From Cyanobacteria bacterium auto_48_18 (GTDB lineage: Bacteria > Cyanobacteriota > Vampirovibrionia > Obscuribacterales > Obscuribacteraceae): a DNA stretch of 64,000 nucleotides. The stretch spans positions 1 through 64,000 of the forward strand of contig JAVHQC010000036.1 of assembly GCA_036170915.1 (NCBI GenBank), in the 5' to 3' direction. The notes below the pieces were generated by a model, which did no database searches, was not told the origin of the DNA, and worked only from the letters and a program-made list of their open reading frames with translations. Of this stretch, positions 9,909 to 20,872 are shown one piece after another. Every line of letters starts with the position of its first letter. The first letter of the stretch is position 1. The translations under genes were made by a program, and so were the position numbers.

Positions 9909-10882
9909 CTTTGTCCATTGATATTTGCACTGATGTTGAGTTGTGGGACAGCTTCGTGTCTGCATCTCCGCAGGGAAATATTTTTTGCTCTTCACCTTTT
10001 TTAGAATCCTTGCAAGAATCTTTTGTTTGCTACATGGTCTGCGAGGACGACAAACCCTGTTTAGCAATTCCTGTTAACGAGTCAACGCCTGAGTTTATCC
10101 CGTTTGGGCACTACACAACTTTTCGTTTCGCCATTTATCAGGGCCCTATGTTTGCCAAAGAAGTTGAAGAGCTGCCCATTCACAGTGGCGCCGCTCTCAA
10201 ATTAAAACTTATGGATTTTGCTCTGGGTGAGCTTACCGCTCGGCACAAACAACTGCGATTCACTCTGCATCCGCAATTTAGTGATGTGCGCTCCTTTCAA
10301 TGGCACAACTACCACAATGAGGCCGGCGGTAGATTTGATATCAATTTGCGCTACACAGGACTGCTTGATTTACAAAGTTCTAGTCAGGAGAATCTTCTTA
10401 GCGAAGTAAGAACCTTACGCAAACGGGAGTTTCAACGGTCGCAAAAAGAGGGTGTAATTTGCGAGGTCAGCGAAGATTTAGACATTTTAGATCGGCTGGA
10501 CGATCTAGTATTTGAACGTCAAGAACTGGCTCGAGACTTAACTGATCAAGAGGCTCGACGCAGTATAGCAGCGAGCGCACTGGGTCATGGTTACGGCCGT
10601 CTGCTAGTTGCCAAATTATCTACTGGTGAAGTGGCCTCTGCGTACCTTTGTCTGTTCGACCATCGCTGCGCCTATTATCTATTTGCCGGCAATCATCCAG
10701 ACACGCGAAAATCAGGGGCTTCAACTTATTTGATGTTTAATGCCCTGGAAAAGTTTAGACAGGAAGGCAAACATAGTTTTGACTTTATCGGTTTAAACTC
10801 ACCTTTGCGCGGCGACTTTAAGACTAGCTTCAATGCCGCACCAAAAGCGCATTATCTAGTGCAGTGGCAGAGACCAAATTAA
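9905..10882 (+). CDS. GNAT/FemAB-like acyltransferase
   Basis: ATGA overlap with the upstream stop; WDSFVSASPQGNIF, AYYLFAG and FDFIGLNSP...FKTSF motifs. Confidence 0.7.
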   Translation: MTLSIDICTDVELWDSFVSASPQGNIFCSSPFLESLQESFVCYMVCEDDKPCLAIPVNESTPEFIPFGHYTTFRFAIYQGPMFAKEVEELPIHSGAALKLKLMDFALGELTARHKQLRFTLHPQFSDVRSFQWHNYHNEAGGRFDINLRYTGLLDLQSSSQENLLSEVRTLRKREFQRSQKEGVICEVSEDLDILDRLDDLVFERQELARDLTDQEARRSIAASALGHGYGRLLVAKLSTGEVASAYLCLFDHRCAYYLFAGNHPDTRKSGASTYLMFNALEKFRQEGKHSFDFIGLNSPLRGDFKTSFNAAPKAHYLVQWQRPN

Positions 10883-10883
10883 A

Positions 10884-13205
10884 CTATCGATGCTGCAGCA
10901 TCGGGCCCAGATAATATTCAGTTAGCGGATGCCAATCTTCGTTAATTCGTTCAGTCTGTACTTTAGTGCGTATGTCTTTGCCGGTGAAAAGCAACCTCAT
11001 GTCCACAGCCACAATATCGTCTCGCTCTTGTTGATTAAAAGTACTGAGCAAAATATTGCTCGTTTGCGCATTGTTTTTCAATGGCTGACGGGAGGCCAGG
11101 CAGAAGAAGTTGTAAACCTCAATGTGAGGAAAAACAGCGTTAATCGTATTCGGCAGAATGTCAAAATTATCGAGCCAGACGAGCGCTACTCCTTCAGGTT
11201 TTAAATGCTCTTTCAGTAATTGCATAAACTGTTTAGAGTAAATATTATTGCTGTAAGCTTCTGTCGTCCTCAGCGGATCTATCAAGATCAAGTCATAGTC
11301 TGCCTTGCTTGTCTGCAGATAGCGCCGGCCGTCTTCGACAACAATTTTCAATCTTGGGTCTGAGAGAGTTTTCTTAATTGATTCAATTTTGCCAAGATTA
11401 TCCAGATTGGTTTTGCAAATTTCTACCAGGGTAATATCTTTCACCCGTTGATCATGCAATAAGGTCTCGAGCGTAGCCCCAGCACCGAAGCCGATAATTA
11501 GCACTTTCTCTGGGTTCTCGGTGCGAGCCAAAGCCTCTATTGTTTCTCTCTGAAACATAAAGGTGCTGCCACGGGCACCGTGGGTAAGACCATTAATATA
11601 ATTGCGTAAATAGGTGCCATTATCGAGTGCACACACCACCGCATCAATGCCTTCTTGGATGTAACAACGCCACTTAGCTCGATCGGCAGGCGGAGTAGTG
11701 CTTGTATGAATCGTGTACCAGAGATCACCCTTGCCTGGAAAAACAAAAATACATAGTGCTGCTGCAGAAATAAATATGGCACTCCGCACGGCCATATTTA
11801 GCTTGCGTTTGGCAAATGAAGAGACAAAAAATATCATAGCTACGCCAGTCAGGCTGAATACCATGAGTGTACGCTCGGTTCCGAGGTAAGTTAAGAGCAG
11901 AAAACCAGTAACTACTCCACCAAGAACGTTGCCCACAGTATTCATAAAATAAATGGTGCCAATTGTTTTACCTTGCTCATCTTTATTAGAGAGCGACAAA
12001 TAGCTCAGCAAAGGAAACGTGCCGCCCATCAAGATGGTGGCCGGCAAAACAAAGATAAAGGGCCAGATAATGAAGTCATATTTAGTAAACAGCGGCATCC
12101 AGGGGAACTTTAACAACCAGGCATCAAGCAATGCTGCTTCATCGGCACGTAGACCCTGATAGCGGCTAAATGTCCAGGCTGTGAAAGCGGCAAAATCAGT
12201 ATTGGTAGTCAGCCAGTAATAGATACTGAGCGACGCCATTGCGTAGGCTCCGACCAGCACCTGTAGTGTAAAGAATGCCGAACGTCGGTCGATATCTGGT
12301 CTTTTTTGCAGAAGGGTATTCATGGCATAGCTACCCAGTCCGATACCAGCTAAGTAGACAGCGAGAATGGTGGAAAACGTATAGGCCGACGATTTCATCA
12401 AGACCTGTAAGAAGCGAAACCAGACTATTTCATAACCAATTGCTAAAAATCCGGTGAGCAGAATCACATAGGCTGTCCAGTTGTGGCTTGTTGGTTGCTG
12501 TTTTTGCTCAAGAGCTGGGGCACTCGCTGAGGCACTTTTTGAGGCACTATCAGTAGTATTACTAAGTAAGCCGTGTCTGCGACCAAAGCTAAAAATCAGT
12601 AGCGCTAGAACGGCATCAATGGCTGAGGCGATGTAGACTGCCCAATCAAGGCCTAAAAACGAAATCACCACATAACTGCACAAAAGGCAGCCTACCGTGG
12701 CACCAATGGTATTGATGGCATAGAGGAAAGAAATTGAATTGAGGAAGTTTTCAGTTTCGGGACGGTCAAAGATTTTCACAGCCAGGGGCAAAGTCATACC
12801 CATGGCCATGGTGGGAAGACAGAGAAAAACGCACATGCACAGAAGCGATATCCACATATTCGCCGCGGCGGTATGTTCACCTAAAAATTGTAGAAACCAC
12901 AGACTGAATGCACCAAAGGCTGCCAGGCTAAGCTCTACCAGCGTATAAATGCGAACACGCTGTGGGCTTGCGTCAGCAATGCGGCCTCCCACCAGAGCGC
13001 CTAGACCAAGGCCAATCATATAAATGCTGACAATGAGGGTAATGGAGACAGAGCCGACACCATAATAAAGGGTCAAAAGACGCTGCCAGGCCACTTGAAA
13101 AAATAGTGCCGAAACTCCAGACCAGAAAAATATACGCGGCAGCATCGACTCAGCTGACCAGAAGAGGTCAGCGCTACTAAGGTGTCCGGCTTTATCAGTT
13201 TTCAT
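10884..13205 (-). CDS. Fused multi-TM / spermidine-synthase-like protein
   Basis: About 13 TM helices in two repeats (SGVSALFFQVAWQR, TGFLAIGYEIVWFR); C-terminal VLIIGFGAG, VEI, EDGR and YDLILID motifs. Confidence 0.8.
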   Translation of the reverse strand: MKTDKAGHLSSADLFWSAESMLPRIFFWSGVSALFFQVAWQRLLTLYYGVGSVSITLIVSIYMIGLGLGALVGGRIADASPQRVRIYTLVELSLAAFGAFSLWFLQFLGEHTAAANMWISLLCMCVFLCLPTMAMGMTLPLAVKIFDRPETENFLNSISFLYAINTIGATVGCLLCSYVVISFLGLDWAVYIASAIDAVLALLIFSFGRRHGLLSNTTDSASKSASASAPALEQKQQPTSHNWTAYVILLTGFLAIGYEIVWFRFLQVLMKSSAYTFSTILAVYLAGIGLGSYAMNTLLQKRPDIDRRSAFFTLQVLVGAYAMASLSIYYWLTTNTDFAAFTAWTFSRYQGLRADEAALLDAWLLKFPWMPLFTKYDFIIWPFIFVLPATILMGGTFPLLSYLSLSNKDEQGKTIGTIYFMNTVGNVLGGVVTGFLLLTYLGTERTLMVFSLTGVAMIFFVSSFAKRKLNMAVRSAIFISAAALCIFVFPGKGDLWYTIHTSTTPPADRAKWRCYIQEGIDAVVCALDNGTYLRNYINGLTHGARGSTFMFQRETIEALARTENPEKVLIIGFGAGATLETLLHDQRVKDITLVEICKTNLDNLGKIESIKKTLSDPRLKIVVEDGRRYLQTSKADYDLILIDPLRTTEAYSNNIYSKQFMQLLKEHLKPEGVALVWLDNFDILPNTINAVFPHIEVYNFFCLASRQPLKNNAQTSNILLSTFNQQERDDIVAVDMRLLFTGKDIRTKVQTERINEDWHPLTEYYLGPMLQHR

Positions 13206-14793
13206 TTAAATTTGTTTTGGGTTCGGTGGCGTTAAACTGCAGTTCTGGATGCACGTCCCGCCAGTGATATGGATTGACGCGGATGGGCGAACAAAAAGAG
13301 CGATCAGGCAAAATTTTGAAATTGGCACCAAAGTAATCGTTGAACAAAACGCGAAAACTGTTTACTGGTGTGATGCTTTTGTAAAGGCCATTTGCTTTCA
13401 TATCAGGGAAATAATAAGCGTTCAAAATGCGCATTACTTCATTGAAGTAAGCGCGCTCATTAGGCATTGGATCATAAGGGCCGTGGTCAGATTGAATGAT
13501 AATAATCGGTTTGTCGCCTGGCCGACTCAATAATTCACCAACCCATTTTTGTATCAGTGTCTCGGCATATTTTAATTGCTCCACATAAACCGAAAATGGA
13601 AACTGGCTGTTCATAAGGGTTTTAGGCAGAGGCAGCTTGTTACCCTGGGCGTCGAATACCGCGGGTGAGTGAGTAATTTGTGTGTGTACCAGGACAAATT
13701 TTGGTCCCGGCATGTTTGCTACTTTTTCTAACTCTGCACCAACATAGGTATGACGATTGGCGAATTGATCACGTAACAGCGGAAAATAGTTTTCAGTTCC
13801 CCACAGTGGAGTCATAGTCAATAAGGCAGTGCTGAAGAAGTTTCCCCAGTCAGCTCGCAGGTTTAGGTCTGCTGTTGCCATAGAATCTGTCGCAAACGCA
13901 CCGGAAGATATATTGACGAACTTGTAGCCGAGCTTTTTAAATGTGCGCACCACTGTGCTATCTTGCACCAGCCTTGAGTAAATGGTCTCGCCGGGATATT
14001 CAGTGCCAAGAGTATCTGGAATAGCATTGATATATTGCATATTCATTGATGAAGATATAGAAAGCGATGTGCGGTCGTAATTGCTTGCCGCTTCTGGTAC
14101 CACATAGAAGCCTTTATTCTTTAGAAAGTCTGTGAACTGATGATTGTCGTATTTGCCGAGATCCTTCAAAGTTTCTGGATTGGCACAGGCATCGACAATG
14201 AAATAATAGACGTCTGGCTTTTTGGCAATTGGCTCTTTGAAGGTGGTCGGTCCTAATTCTTTGGCAAAATGGTCAATCCATTTTTGCCCAGCCATATAGT
14301 CTTGAACTTCATAAATTGTCAGGGGAACAAAATTGAAAGCGAAGAGAATCAGAGAGACGAAATTCAGGACAGAGTTCATTTTGATCGTATCGACAGCGAT
14401 AGAGTGTTTGCCGAAATTCCACGTTGTTTTGAGCACGGCGCCAACAGCAGCTAAACCAATCAGCAGCACTAAAGATAGTGGCACCCAAGCTGGTACTGGC
14501 AGGCCTAGTTTTGTAAAAACAGCTTCGAAGCCGGTGTACGAAAAAGCGATGAGCAAGATGGTAAAACTGACAAAACCAGCTCTGATACTATCTTTCAGTA
14601 TGAGCCATGCCAGAAGAAAACAGAGAGCAACAAAGCATTCCACCATCACAAGCATGGGTAAGGCGTGCTCGGGTAAAATTTGCGCCTTTGCTTGATCAAG
14701 CCCTATAACAACAGGTATGGTAGCGAATACGAATGGATGAAAAACCAAATGCTTGAGCCGGTGCATTTTGCCCCTTTTGTTTACGACAGTCAC
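13195..14793 (-). CDS. Membrane-anchored sulfatase-fold protein (LtaS-like phosphotransferase)
   Basis: N-terminal TM helices, then KPDVYYFIVD, SNYDRT, HSP and IIIQSDHG motifs. The start may be 14766. Confidence 0.75.
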   Translation of the reverse strand: MTVVNKRGKMHRLKHLVFHPFVFATIPVVIGLDQAKAQILPEHALPMLVMVECFVALCFLLAWLILKDSIRAGFVSFTILLIAFSYTGFEAVFTKLGLPVPAWVPLSLVLLIGLAAVGAVLKTTWNFGKHSIAVDTIKMNSVLNFVSLILFAFNFVPLTIYEVQDYMAGQKWIDHFAKELGPTTFKEPIAKKPDVYYFIVDACANPETLKDLGKYDNHQFTDFLKNKGFYVVPEAASNYDRTSLSISSSMNMQYINAIPDTLGTEYPGETIYSRLVQDSTVVRTFKKLGYKFVNISSGAFATDSMATADLNLRADWGNFFSTALLTMTPLWGTENYFPLLRDQFANRHTYVGAELEKVANMPGPKFVLVHTQITHSPAVFDAQGNKLPLPKTLMNSQFPFSVYVEQLKYAETLIQKWVGELLSRPGDKPIIIIQSDHGPYDPMPNERAYFNEVMRILNAYYFPDMKANGLYKSITPVNSFRVLFNDYFGANFKILPDRSFCSPIRVNPYHWRDVHPELQFNATEPKTNLNEN

Positions 14794-14915
14794 AACAGCA
14801 AGGCCTAGTTAGCTATTATAGAAGATGCTGCCTCAAATAGGCGACGCTGTCAGTGGACGCGGCCTCTTGGTAACTTTTGCCGTTAATTCTTACCAATAGC
14901 CTTAAAGGAGTACAA

Positions 14916-16274
14916 ATGAAGCGGGTCTTTGTCGATATGTCGGTTTGCATTCTTCATTACGGACATATTCGATTGCTTGAGCAAGCTCGCGCACTCGGGC
15001 CTGATGTCAGGGTTATAGTTGTTTTGACCACAGATGAAGAAGTGCTCAAGCACAAAGGTCATCATTCTGAGCTTACCTTCGACCAGCGCAAAGAAATGCT
15101 CATGGCACTTAAATCTGTTGATGAAGTCTTGCCTGGTCCTTGGCAAATCACAGACGCCTACTTGAAGTCTCACGGTGCTGATGCTCTGGTGCACTCCGGC
15201 CCGAACTTCAACGACGTAGTGGAAATTCCTATGATTAATCTGGAGCGCACAGAGGGTGTATCAAGCGAAGAAATTCGCGCTCGCAGCATATTTTCAATAG
15301 TTGAAAAACGCAATTCCATGAAATGTTTGCTTACACCTGGGCCTACTAATTTACATCCCGAGAATCTTCTCGATCTTAGCCCAGTCTTTTCCCGCGGCGA
15401 CGACCACTACACTAGTGTGACAAATCGCGTACTGGAGGCAATTCGAATGCGGGCCGGTCAGTCATCAATTGTAGCCATGCAAGGATCTGCCACCACAGCA
15501 ATTGAAGTGGCTACGAGCAATTTTCTCACTGGCACAGTAGTGGTGGTGTTATCTGGCTATTATTCTCAACGCATGCTCTCCATGATTCAAATCAAGCAAG
15601 AGCGGCTTGGGCTGCGTAAAGCAGTTGGTATCGAATACAATGAACTGATCAAGAATGGCAAAAGTGAGAACAAGTTTGACTGGCTGGTGGCTTCATATAC
15701 AGAGACTGCTGATGCGTTTTTAGCAGATATTCGAGCGCTTAAAAGTATTGCTGATCACCACGGTGCCAGACTGATGATGGACGCCACCGGGTCAATTAAC
15801 CTTGAAGATGGTCACGAACTGGCTGATGTAAATATGTTCAGTTCTTGCAAGGGCCTGGGCGGACTGACTGGTGCTGGTTTTATCAGTTTTAATCGCGAGC
15901 TGCTCTCTGAACTGAATGGCACACCAAAAGAATTTATTCTTGACCTTGAGACCTTCATCGAAAAAAAGACCACGTCACCAGCGCACACACTTTTGTCGCT
16001 TGATTCTGTTTCTGATAAATTTGCCGCTAACGGTGAGCGGGTGCGTCAGGGCAAAGTCGCATTCTTAGAGCAGTATCGACACAAACTTTTTCGGAAAGAT
16101 TTGAAAACACAGCCGAACTTGTGCACAAAAGTTCAAAATGCAGGGCTAAAGATCCCTGCTGGCATGGTTGGCTATTCACCTCGGACGGAAACTCCAGGCT
16201 GCCAGGTAATCTGCCACCTTTTCGAACAGTTTCCCTCCAACCGTGAAATTGGCGCAGTTTACAAGCAATTATAA
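14916..16274 (+). CDS. Fusion of TagD-type cytidylyltransferase and class V PLP aminotransferase (2-aminoethylphosphonate transaminase-like)
   Basis: AAGGAG RBS; N-terminal LHYGH and RTEGVSS; then [21 protein letters not shown] and SSCKGL (PLP lysine). Directly upstream of aepX and aepY. Confidence 0.75.
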   Translation: MKRVFVDMSVCILHYGHIRLLEQARALGPDVRVIVVLTTDEEVLKHKGHHSELTFDQRKEMLMALKSVDEVLPGPWQITDAYLKSHGADALVHSGPNFNDVVEIPMINLERTEGVSSEEIRARSIFSIVEKRNSMKCLLTPGPTNLHPENLLDLSPVFSRGDDHYTSVTNRVLEAIRMRAGQSSIVAMQGSATTAIEVATSNFLTGTVVVVLSGYYSQRMLSMIQIKQERLGLRKAVGIEYNELIKNGKSENKFDWLVASYTETADAFLADIRALKSIADHHGARLMMDATGSINLEDGHELADVNMFSSCKGLGGLTGAGFISFNRELLSELNGTPKEFILDLETFIEKKTTSPAHTLLSLDSVSDKFAANGERVRQGKVAFLEQYRHKLFRKDLKTQPNLCTKVQNAGLKIPAGMVGYSPRTETPGCQVICHLFEQFPSNREIGAVYKQL

Positions 16275-16323
16275 AAGACTGAAAATAGGTTTTGACTTAC
16301 TGACACTCTGGTATGAGTTAATT

Positions 16324-17628
16324 ATGCCCAAAAAAGTATACGTTGCCATGGCCGCTGACCTGGTTCATCCTGGTCACTTAAATATCATCAAGCATGCCAG
16401 AGAACTCGGAGACGTTGTGATCGGATTACTTTCCGACAAAGCAGTGTCAGATTTTCATCGCCTTCCGTTTCTTACTTTCGACCAACGCAAATTGGTGGTG
16501 GAGAGCCTCAAAGGTGTTGAGAGCGTTGTTGAACAAAAGACTCTCGATTACACTGAAAATTTGCGCGCGCTAAAACCTGACTATGTGGTGCACGGCGATG
16601 ACTGGCGCGAAGGCCCACAAAAAGAAACGCGTACAAAGGTAATTGAAGTTCTAAAAGAATGGCAGGGAGAGCTGGTTGAGGTGCCTTACACCAGAAGTAT
16701 TTCTTCTCTCACACTGAACGAGCAGTTACGGGCTATAGGAACCACACCCGGCAATCGCATGGAACGTTTTCGCAGACTCTTGCAGGCGAAATGTCCGGTA
16801 CGCATTATGGAAGCGCACAGTGGTTTGACTGCTCATATTATCGAGAATATGTCATTTGATACCGACGAGGCTCACCTGGAGTATGACGGTGTGTGGCTCT
16901 CAAGTCTTACTGATTCAACAGCCAAGGGAAAACCAGATACAGAATATGTTGATAAGACTTCGCGCATGGCCACCATTTCGGATATCTTAGAAAGCACCAC
17001 TAAACCAATTATTTTTGATGGTGACAGTGGTGGGCTTACCGAACACTTCGTTTTCACCATCAGGTCACTAGAGCGGCTCGGCGTCTCCGCGGTAGTGATT
17101 GAAGACAAAGTTGGAGCTAAACGCAATTCACTCTTCGATCCGGCAGACAACAACGAAGCGGTGCAAGACGACATACCGAATTTTTGTCATAAGATTTCTT
17201 CTGCGAAAAAAGCTCAAGTGACCAAAGATTTTATGATCATTGCTCGAGTGGAAAGCCTGGTTCTAAATAAAGGCATGGATGACGCCATGTCTCGGGCAGA
17301 GGCCTATCTTGCTGCTGGAGCCGATGGCATTATGATTCATAGTCGCAATAAAGATGGCAGCGAAATCTTGGATTTTTGTCGGTTGTTTAGAAAGTTGGGT
17401 CACACCGCACCGCTGGTGGTGGTACCGACAACTTATAATCACATTCCTGACAAAGAGCTGGCAGAAGCTGGCGCCAATATCATTATTTATGCAAACCACA
17501 TGTTGAGGAGTGCTTATCCGGCTATGGTGCGCACTGCCGAGACAATACTAAGAGCCGGTTGCAGCAAAGATGTAGAGAAAGATTTGATGCCGGTGAAAGA
17601 CTTGCTCAGCTTGATCGAGAACGCCTGA
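16324..17628 (+). CDS. aepX: Phosphoenolpyruvate mutase with N-terminal cytidylyltransferase domain
   Basis: PEP mutase signature EDKxxxKxNS ([10 protein letters not shown]), WLSSL, DGDSG, IARVES and VPTTY; N-terminal HPGH and HGDDW. Confidence 0.95.
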   Translation: MPKKVYVAMAADLVHPGHLNIIKHARELGDVVIGLLSDKAVSDFHRLPFLTFDQRKLVVESLKGVESVVEQKTLDYTENLRALKPDYVVHGDDWREGPQKETRTKVIEVLKEWQGELVEVPYTRSISSLTLNEQLRAIGTTPGNRMERFRRLLQAKCPVRIMEAHSGLTAHIIENMSFDTDEAHLEYDGVWLSSLTDSTAKGKPDTEYVDKTSRMATISDILESTTKPIIFDGDSGGLTEHFVFTIRSLERLGVSAVVIEDKVGAKRNSLFDPADNNEAVQDDIPNFCHKISSAKKAQVTKDFMIIARVESLVLNKGMDDAMSRAEAYLAAGADGIMIHSRNKDGSEILDFCRLFRKLGHTAPLVVVPTTYNHIPDKELAEAGANIIIYANHMLRSAYPAMVRTAETILRAGCSKDVEKDLMPVKDLLSLIENA

Positions 17629-17667
17629 AGTTGTGAGAGCGAAAATTGGCAAAAAAATAATAATAAT

Positions 17668-18798
17668 ATGATTGATCCGCAAGACTTTTTAAACGCTCTG
17701 AAACTAGCTGGCATCGACTTTGCCTGTGGTGTGCCCGATTCGCTGCTGAAAGAGTTTCTGGTAACGTTGCAAACGAGCGATCAGATAGAACACCATATTA
17801 CCGCTAACGAAGGCGCCGCTATTGCTCTGGCTGCCGGCCACCAGATGGCCAGTGGTAAGCTGCCTTTAGTATATATGCAAAATTCTGGCCTGGGTAACGC
17901 TGTCAGCCCGCTGATGTCACTGGCTCACAGAAGAGTCTATGCAATTCCCATGTTGCTTTTAATCGGTCATCGGGGCGAGGCTGGTAAACACGATGAGCCA
18001 CAGCATCTGGCCATGGGTGAAGTGACGATACCTTTGTTGGCAGATATGGGTGTCGACATTTTTTCACTCAATCAAAACTCAGACATTGGCAATATTGTGC
18101 AGGAAGCAGCCGCCATGGCCCGTGAACAATCGGGCCCGGTTGCAATTGTAGTCAGCAGCGGAACTTTTTTAGCTTTAGCAAGTGGTGCGAAATTAAGGAG
18201 CCAGAGCGATTTAAGTTTGACTCGTGAACTGGTACTAAATACAGTGCTCGATTATTTAGATGGATCTGAAATAATTTGCTCTACCACCGGTTTTACTTCC
18301 AGAGAACTGAACGAGTTACGCCTCGAACGAGGAACAGCTGCTGCCGATTTTTTCAATGTCGGGGCCATGGGCCACGTGGGGCAGATTGCTCTCGGTGTAG
18401 CTCTGGCAAAGCCAGACAAGAGAGTTATAGCGATTGATGGTGATGGCTCCCTGATTATGCACATGGGCTCAATGGCCTCAAGTGGGAGTAGCGGCGCATC
18501 CAATTTTCTACACCTGCTGATTAATAATGGCATGCACGAATCGGTTGGTGGTCAGCCCACAGTCGGTCTTGAAATTGATTTTTGCGCTATAGCTCGCGCT
18601 TGCAACTTCAAGCATGTTCAGGCAGCGGACGATTTAAACTCCTTCACTAAAGCTTTGACCACTGGCCTCAAGACTGCCAGCGCCGGTCCGACTTTCATAG
18701 AAGTAAAAATCAAACCAGGCGCTAAAGAGAAATTGGGCCGCCCATCAGACGATTTGCGCGCAGCCAAAAAGGCATTCAGCGCCCATATTGCAAGGTGA
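17668..18798 (+). CDS. aepY: Phosphonopyruvate decarboxylase
   Basis: GVPDSLL, NEGAAI, YMQNSGLGN, DEPQH, STTG, GAMGH, DGDGS and NNGMHESVGGQ motifs. Confidence 0.95.
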   Translation: MIDPQDFLNALKLAGIDFACGVPDSLLKEFLVTLQTSDQIEHHITANEGAAIALAAGHQMASGKLPLVYMQNSGLGNAVSPLMSLAHRRVYAIPMLLLIGHRGEAGKHDEPQHLAMGEVTIPLLADMGVDIFSLNQNSDIGNIVQEAAAMAREQSGPVAIVVSSGTFLALASGAKLRSQSDLSLTRELVLNTVLDYLDGSEIICSTTGFTSRELNELRLERGTAAADFFNVGAMGHVGQIALGVALAKPDKRVIAIDGDGSLIMHMGSMASSGSSGASNFLHLLINNGMHESVGGQPTVGLEIDFCAIARACNFKHVQAADDLNSFTKALTTGLKTASAGPTFIEVKIKPGAKEKLGRPSDDLRAAKKAFSAHIAR

Positions 18799-18812
18799 GT
18801 TGTTAAGACTGA

Positions 18813-19040
18813 TTATTTGCCGGAAGAATCGTGTTTACCCAAGCATGCCTCAGTGCAGACATGATGCCCATCGGTTTCTTGGAATGCTTGCTTCGAAACC
18901 GGCTTTTTCCACTCTTCTTTGTTAATTGCTTTTTGCTCAGGCGTGGGGGCAGGCTTGCCCTCAGGGTGGCAATAATCTATTTTGTCTGGATCTTTTGCAT
19001 CGCTTTTGATTTCGCCGTCCGGTTTTATTTCAATATCCAT
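18813..19040 (-). CDS. Small hypothetical protein with Cys/His-rich C-terminus
   Basis: 75-aa ATG ORF with AAAGG upstream; ends DGHHVCTEACLGKH. Confidence 0.5.
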   Translation of the reverse strand: MDIEIKPDGEIKSDAKDPDKIDYCHPEGKPAPTPEQKAINKEEWKKPVSKQAFQETDGHHVCTEACLGKHDSSGK

Positions 19041-19168
19041 TAATAACGACCTTTGGGTGCCTTTAAAATTCGGTTAGGGTAATGACCACTATTGGCCAGA
19101 TAAGTTCCATCCAACTCCATAAGGCTGTCAAACGGGTAAATAACTGATCAGTTACAAGAGGCCTGAGA

Positions 19169-20872
19169 TTGCTCCTGTTGCTTGTCATTACCGCTGGCTG
19201 GGCACTACTACTGGGTCTTTATACCTTGTTGGTGCTCCGCCCTGGGGGCGCTTTACCTAGCGCTGAAAGGATAGAATCTTTCTACCGCAATTTTTGGCAA
19301 ATCAGCGGTGCAATCAGTCGGCCGGCAGTATGTATGATTGCCATTGGCGTTGCAGCAATCGGCTTGCGCTTGCTGGCGCTGCCGGTTCTCCCTGTTCCTG
19401 AACCGCGTGTACACGACGAGTTTAGCTACCTGCTGGCTGGCGAAACCTTCGCATCGGGCCGCATGACGAACGCACAGCACTTGCTCTGGCCCTGTTTCGA
19501 GTTCGAGCATATTCTTGTTAGGCCCACCTACATGTCTAAGTATCCGCCAGCACAGGGGCTCTTGTTGGCTCTAGGAATGCTTATGGGGCACAGCTGGATT
19601 GCAGTACTTCTTAGTTATGGATTTATGTGTGCTGCCATTTTCTGGATGGCACGGGCCTTTCAGCCAACCCGGTGGGCCATTCTGGCTGCCCTTTTGCCGC
19701 TGATTCATCCAGGAATTGCTTCTTACTGGTGCAATTCATACTGGGGCGGCACTGTGGCGGCTAGCGCCGCCGCTCTTGTTTTCGGAGCCTGCGCTCGCTT
19801 AAGCCGAGCGTACTCATTGAGCTCAAGCCTCTTGCTGGCCGCTGGTTTAATTATTTTGTTTAATAGCAGACCTTTTGAAGGTCTGGTGGCAGTGGTGGTG
19901 CCGGTGGCATATCTGCTGTATTCATGGTCCAGAAAGAGTTCATCAACTAGCGTAAAGACGCTTGTAGCGCGACTTTTGGCGCCACTTTGCCTCTTGCTTA
20001 TCGCTTTGGCATCCATGCTTTACTACAACCGTTGCGTCACCGGAGACGCCTTGCAATTGCCTTATCAATGCTATCACCGCCAGTACTCGCGCATTCCGCT
20101 CTGGCTCTTTGCCCCAGCAAATTCGCAGCCACTAACGTTCAACAATATTCAACTACAGGCTTTTGCCATAGGCGAAGCAGCTAAGTTCAATAACCTGCGC
20201 AGAGTACCAGGATGGCTTAATTGCCTGATTAACGAGCGCCTGGTAGCAGTGTTCAATTTCTTTGTCGGTATCTGGTTCGTGCCGCTAGTAGCAGCTTCAT
20301 TGCTTAGTTTGCCAGACAGGCGTGTGCGCGTGCTCTGGCTTTCTATAACGGCTTTGACTGCGGCTCTAGCAAGCGAAGTATATTTTCAGCGGCACTATCT
20401 GGCACCAGTGACGGCACCATTTTATATTTTGTTGGTGCAGGGCCTACGCCATCTGCGTTTGGTCAAAATCAATAATCTTCCACTTGGTCTGAAGTTCTCA
20501 CGCTTGATTATGGCGACAATGTTAATCGGTTTTTTCTATAGTCTAATTTCTCTGCCGGAGATCGGTAGAAAAAATATAGCTGACCTTGAGGCCTTCCCTG
20601 GTCCGCGACAGAAGGTGATGACGACGCTTTTAAAACTGCCAGGAAAACATCTGGTAATTGTGCGCTACGCAAGAGGTCATGATACAGGCGCTGAATATGT
20701 CTATAACAGCGCCGATATAGACCATAGTAAGGTTGTTTGGGCTCGCGATCTCGGTGAAAACACTAATCGACAGTTGCTTAGCTATTATCACGATCGAAAG
20801 ATCTGGCTGTTTGAGCCTGACGCAATTGAACCACTGCTCAGTGATTTTGAGGCGACTTCGCCAGGTCATTAG
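19169..20872 (+). CDS. Polytopic membrane protein, GT-C-like glycosyltransferase
   Basis: HDEFSY acidic motif in the first loop, SKYPP, about 11 TM helices; convergent with a polyprenol-phosphate GT2. Confidence 0.6.
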   Translation: MLLLLVITAGWALLLGLYTLLVLRPGGALPSAERIESFYRNFWQISGAISRPAVCMIAIGVAAIGLRLLALPVLPVPEPRVHDEFSYLLAGETFASGRMTNAQHLLWPCFEFEHILVRPTYMSKYPPAQGLLLALGMLMGHSWIAVLLSYGFMCAAIFWMARAFQPTRWAILAALLPLIHPGIASYWCNSYWGGTVAASAAALVFGACARLSRAYSLSSSLLLAAGLIILFNSRPFEGLVAVVVPVAYLLYSWSRKSSSTSVKTLVARLLAPLCLLLIALASMLYYNRCVTGDALQLPYQCYHRQYSRIPLWLFAPANSQPLTFNNIQLQAFAIGEAAKFNNLRRVPGWLNCLINERLVAVFNFFVGIWFVPLVAASLLSLPDRRVRVLWLSITALTAALASEVYFQRHYLAPVTAPFYILLVQGLRHLRLVKINNLPLGLKFSRLIMATMLIGFFYSLISLPEIGRKNIADLEAFPGPRQKVMTTLLKLPGKHLVIVRYARGHDTGAEYVYNSADIDHSKVVWARDLGENTNRQLLSYYHDRKIWLFEPDAIEPLLSDFEATSPGH

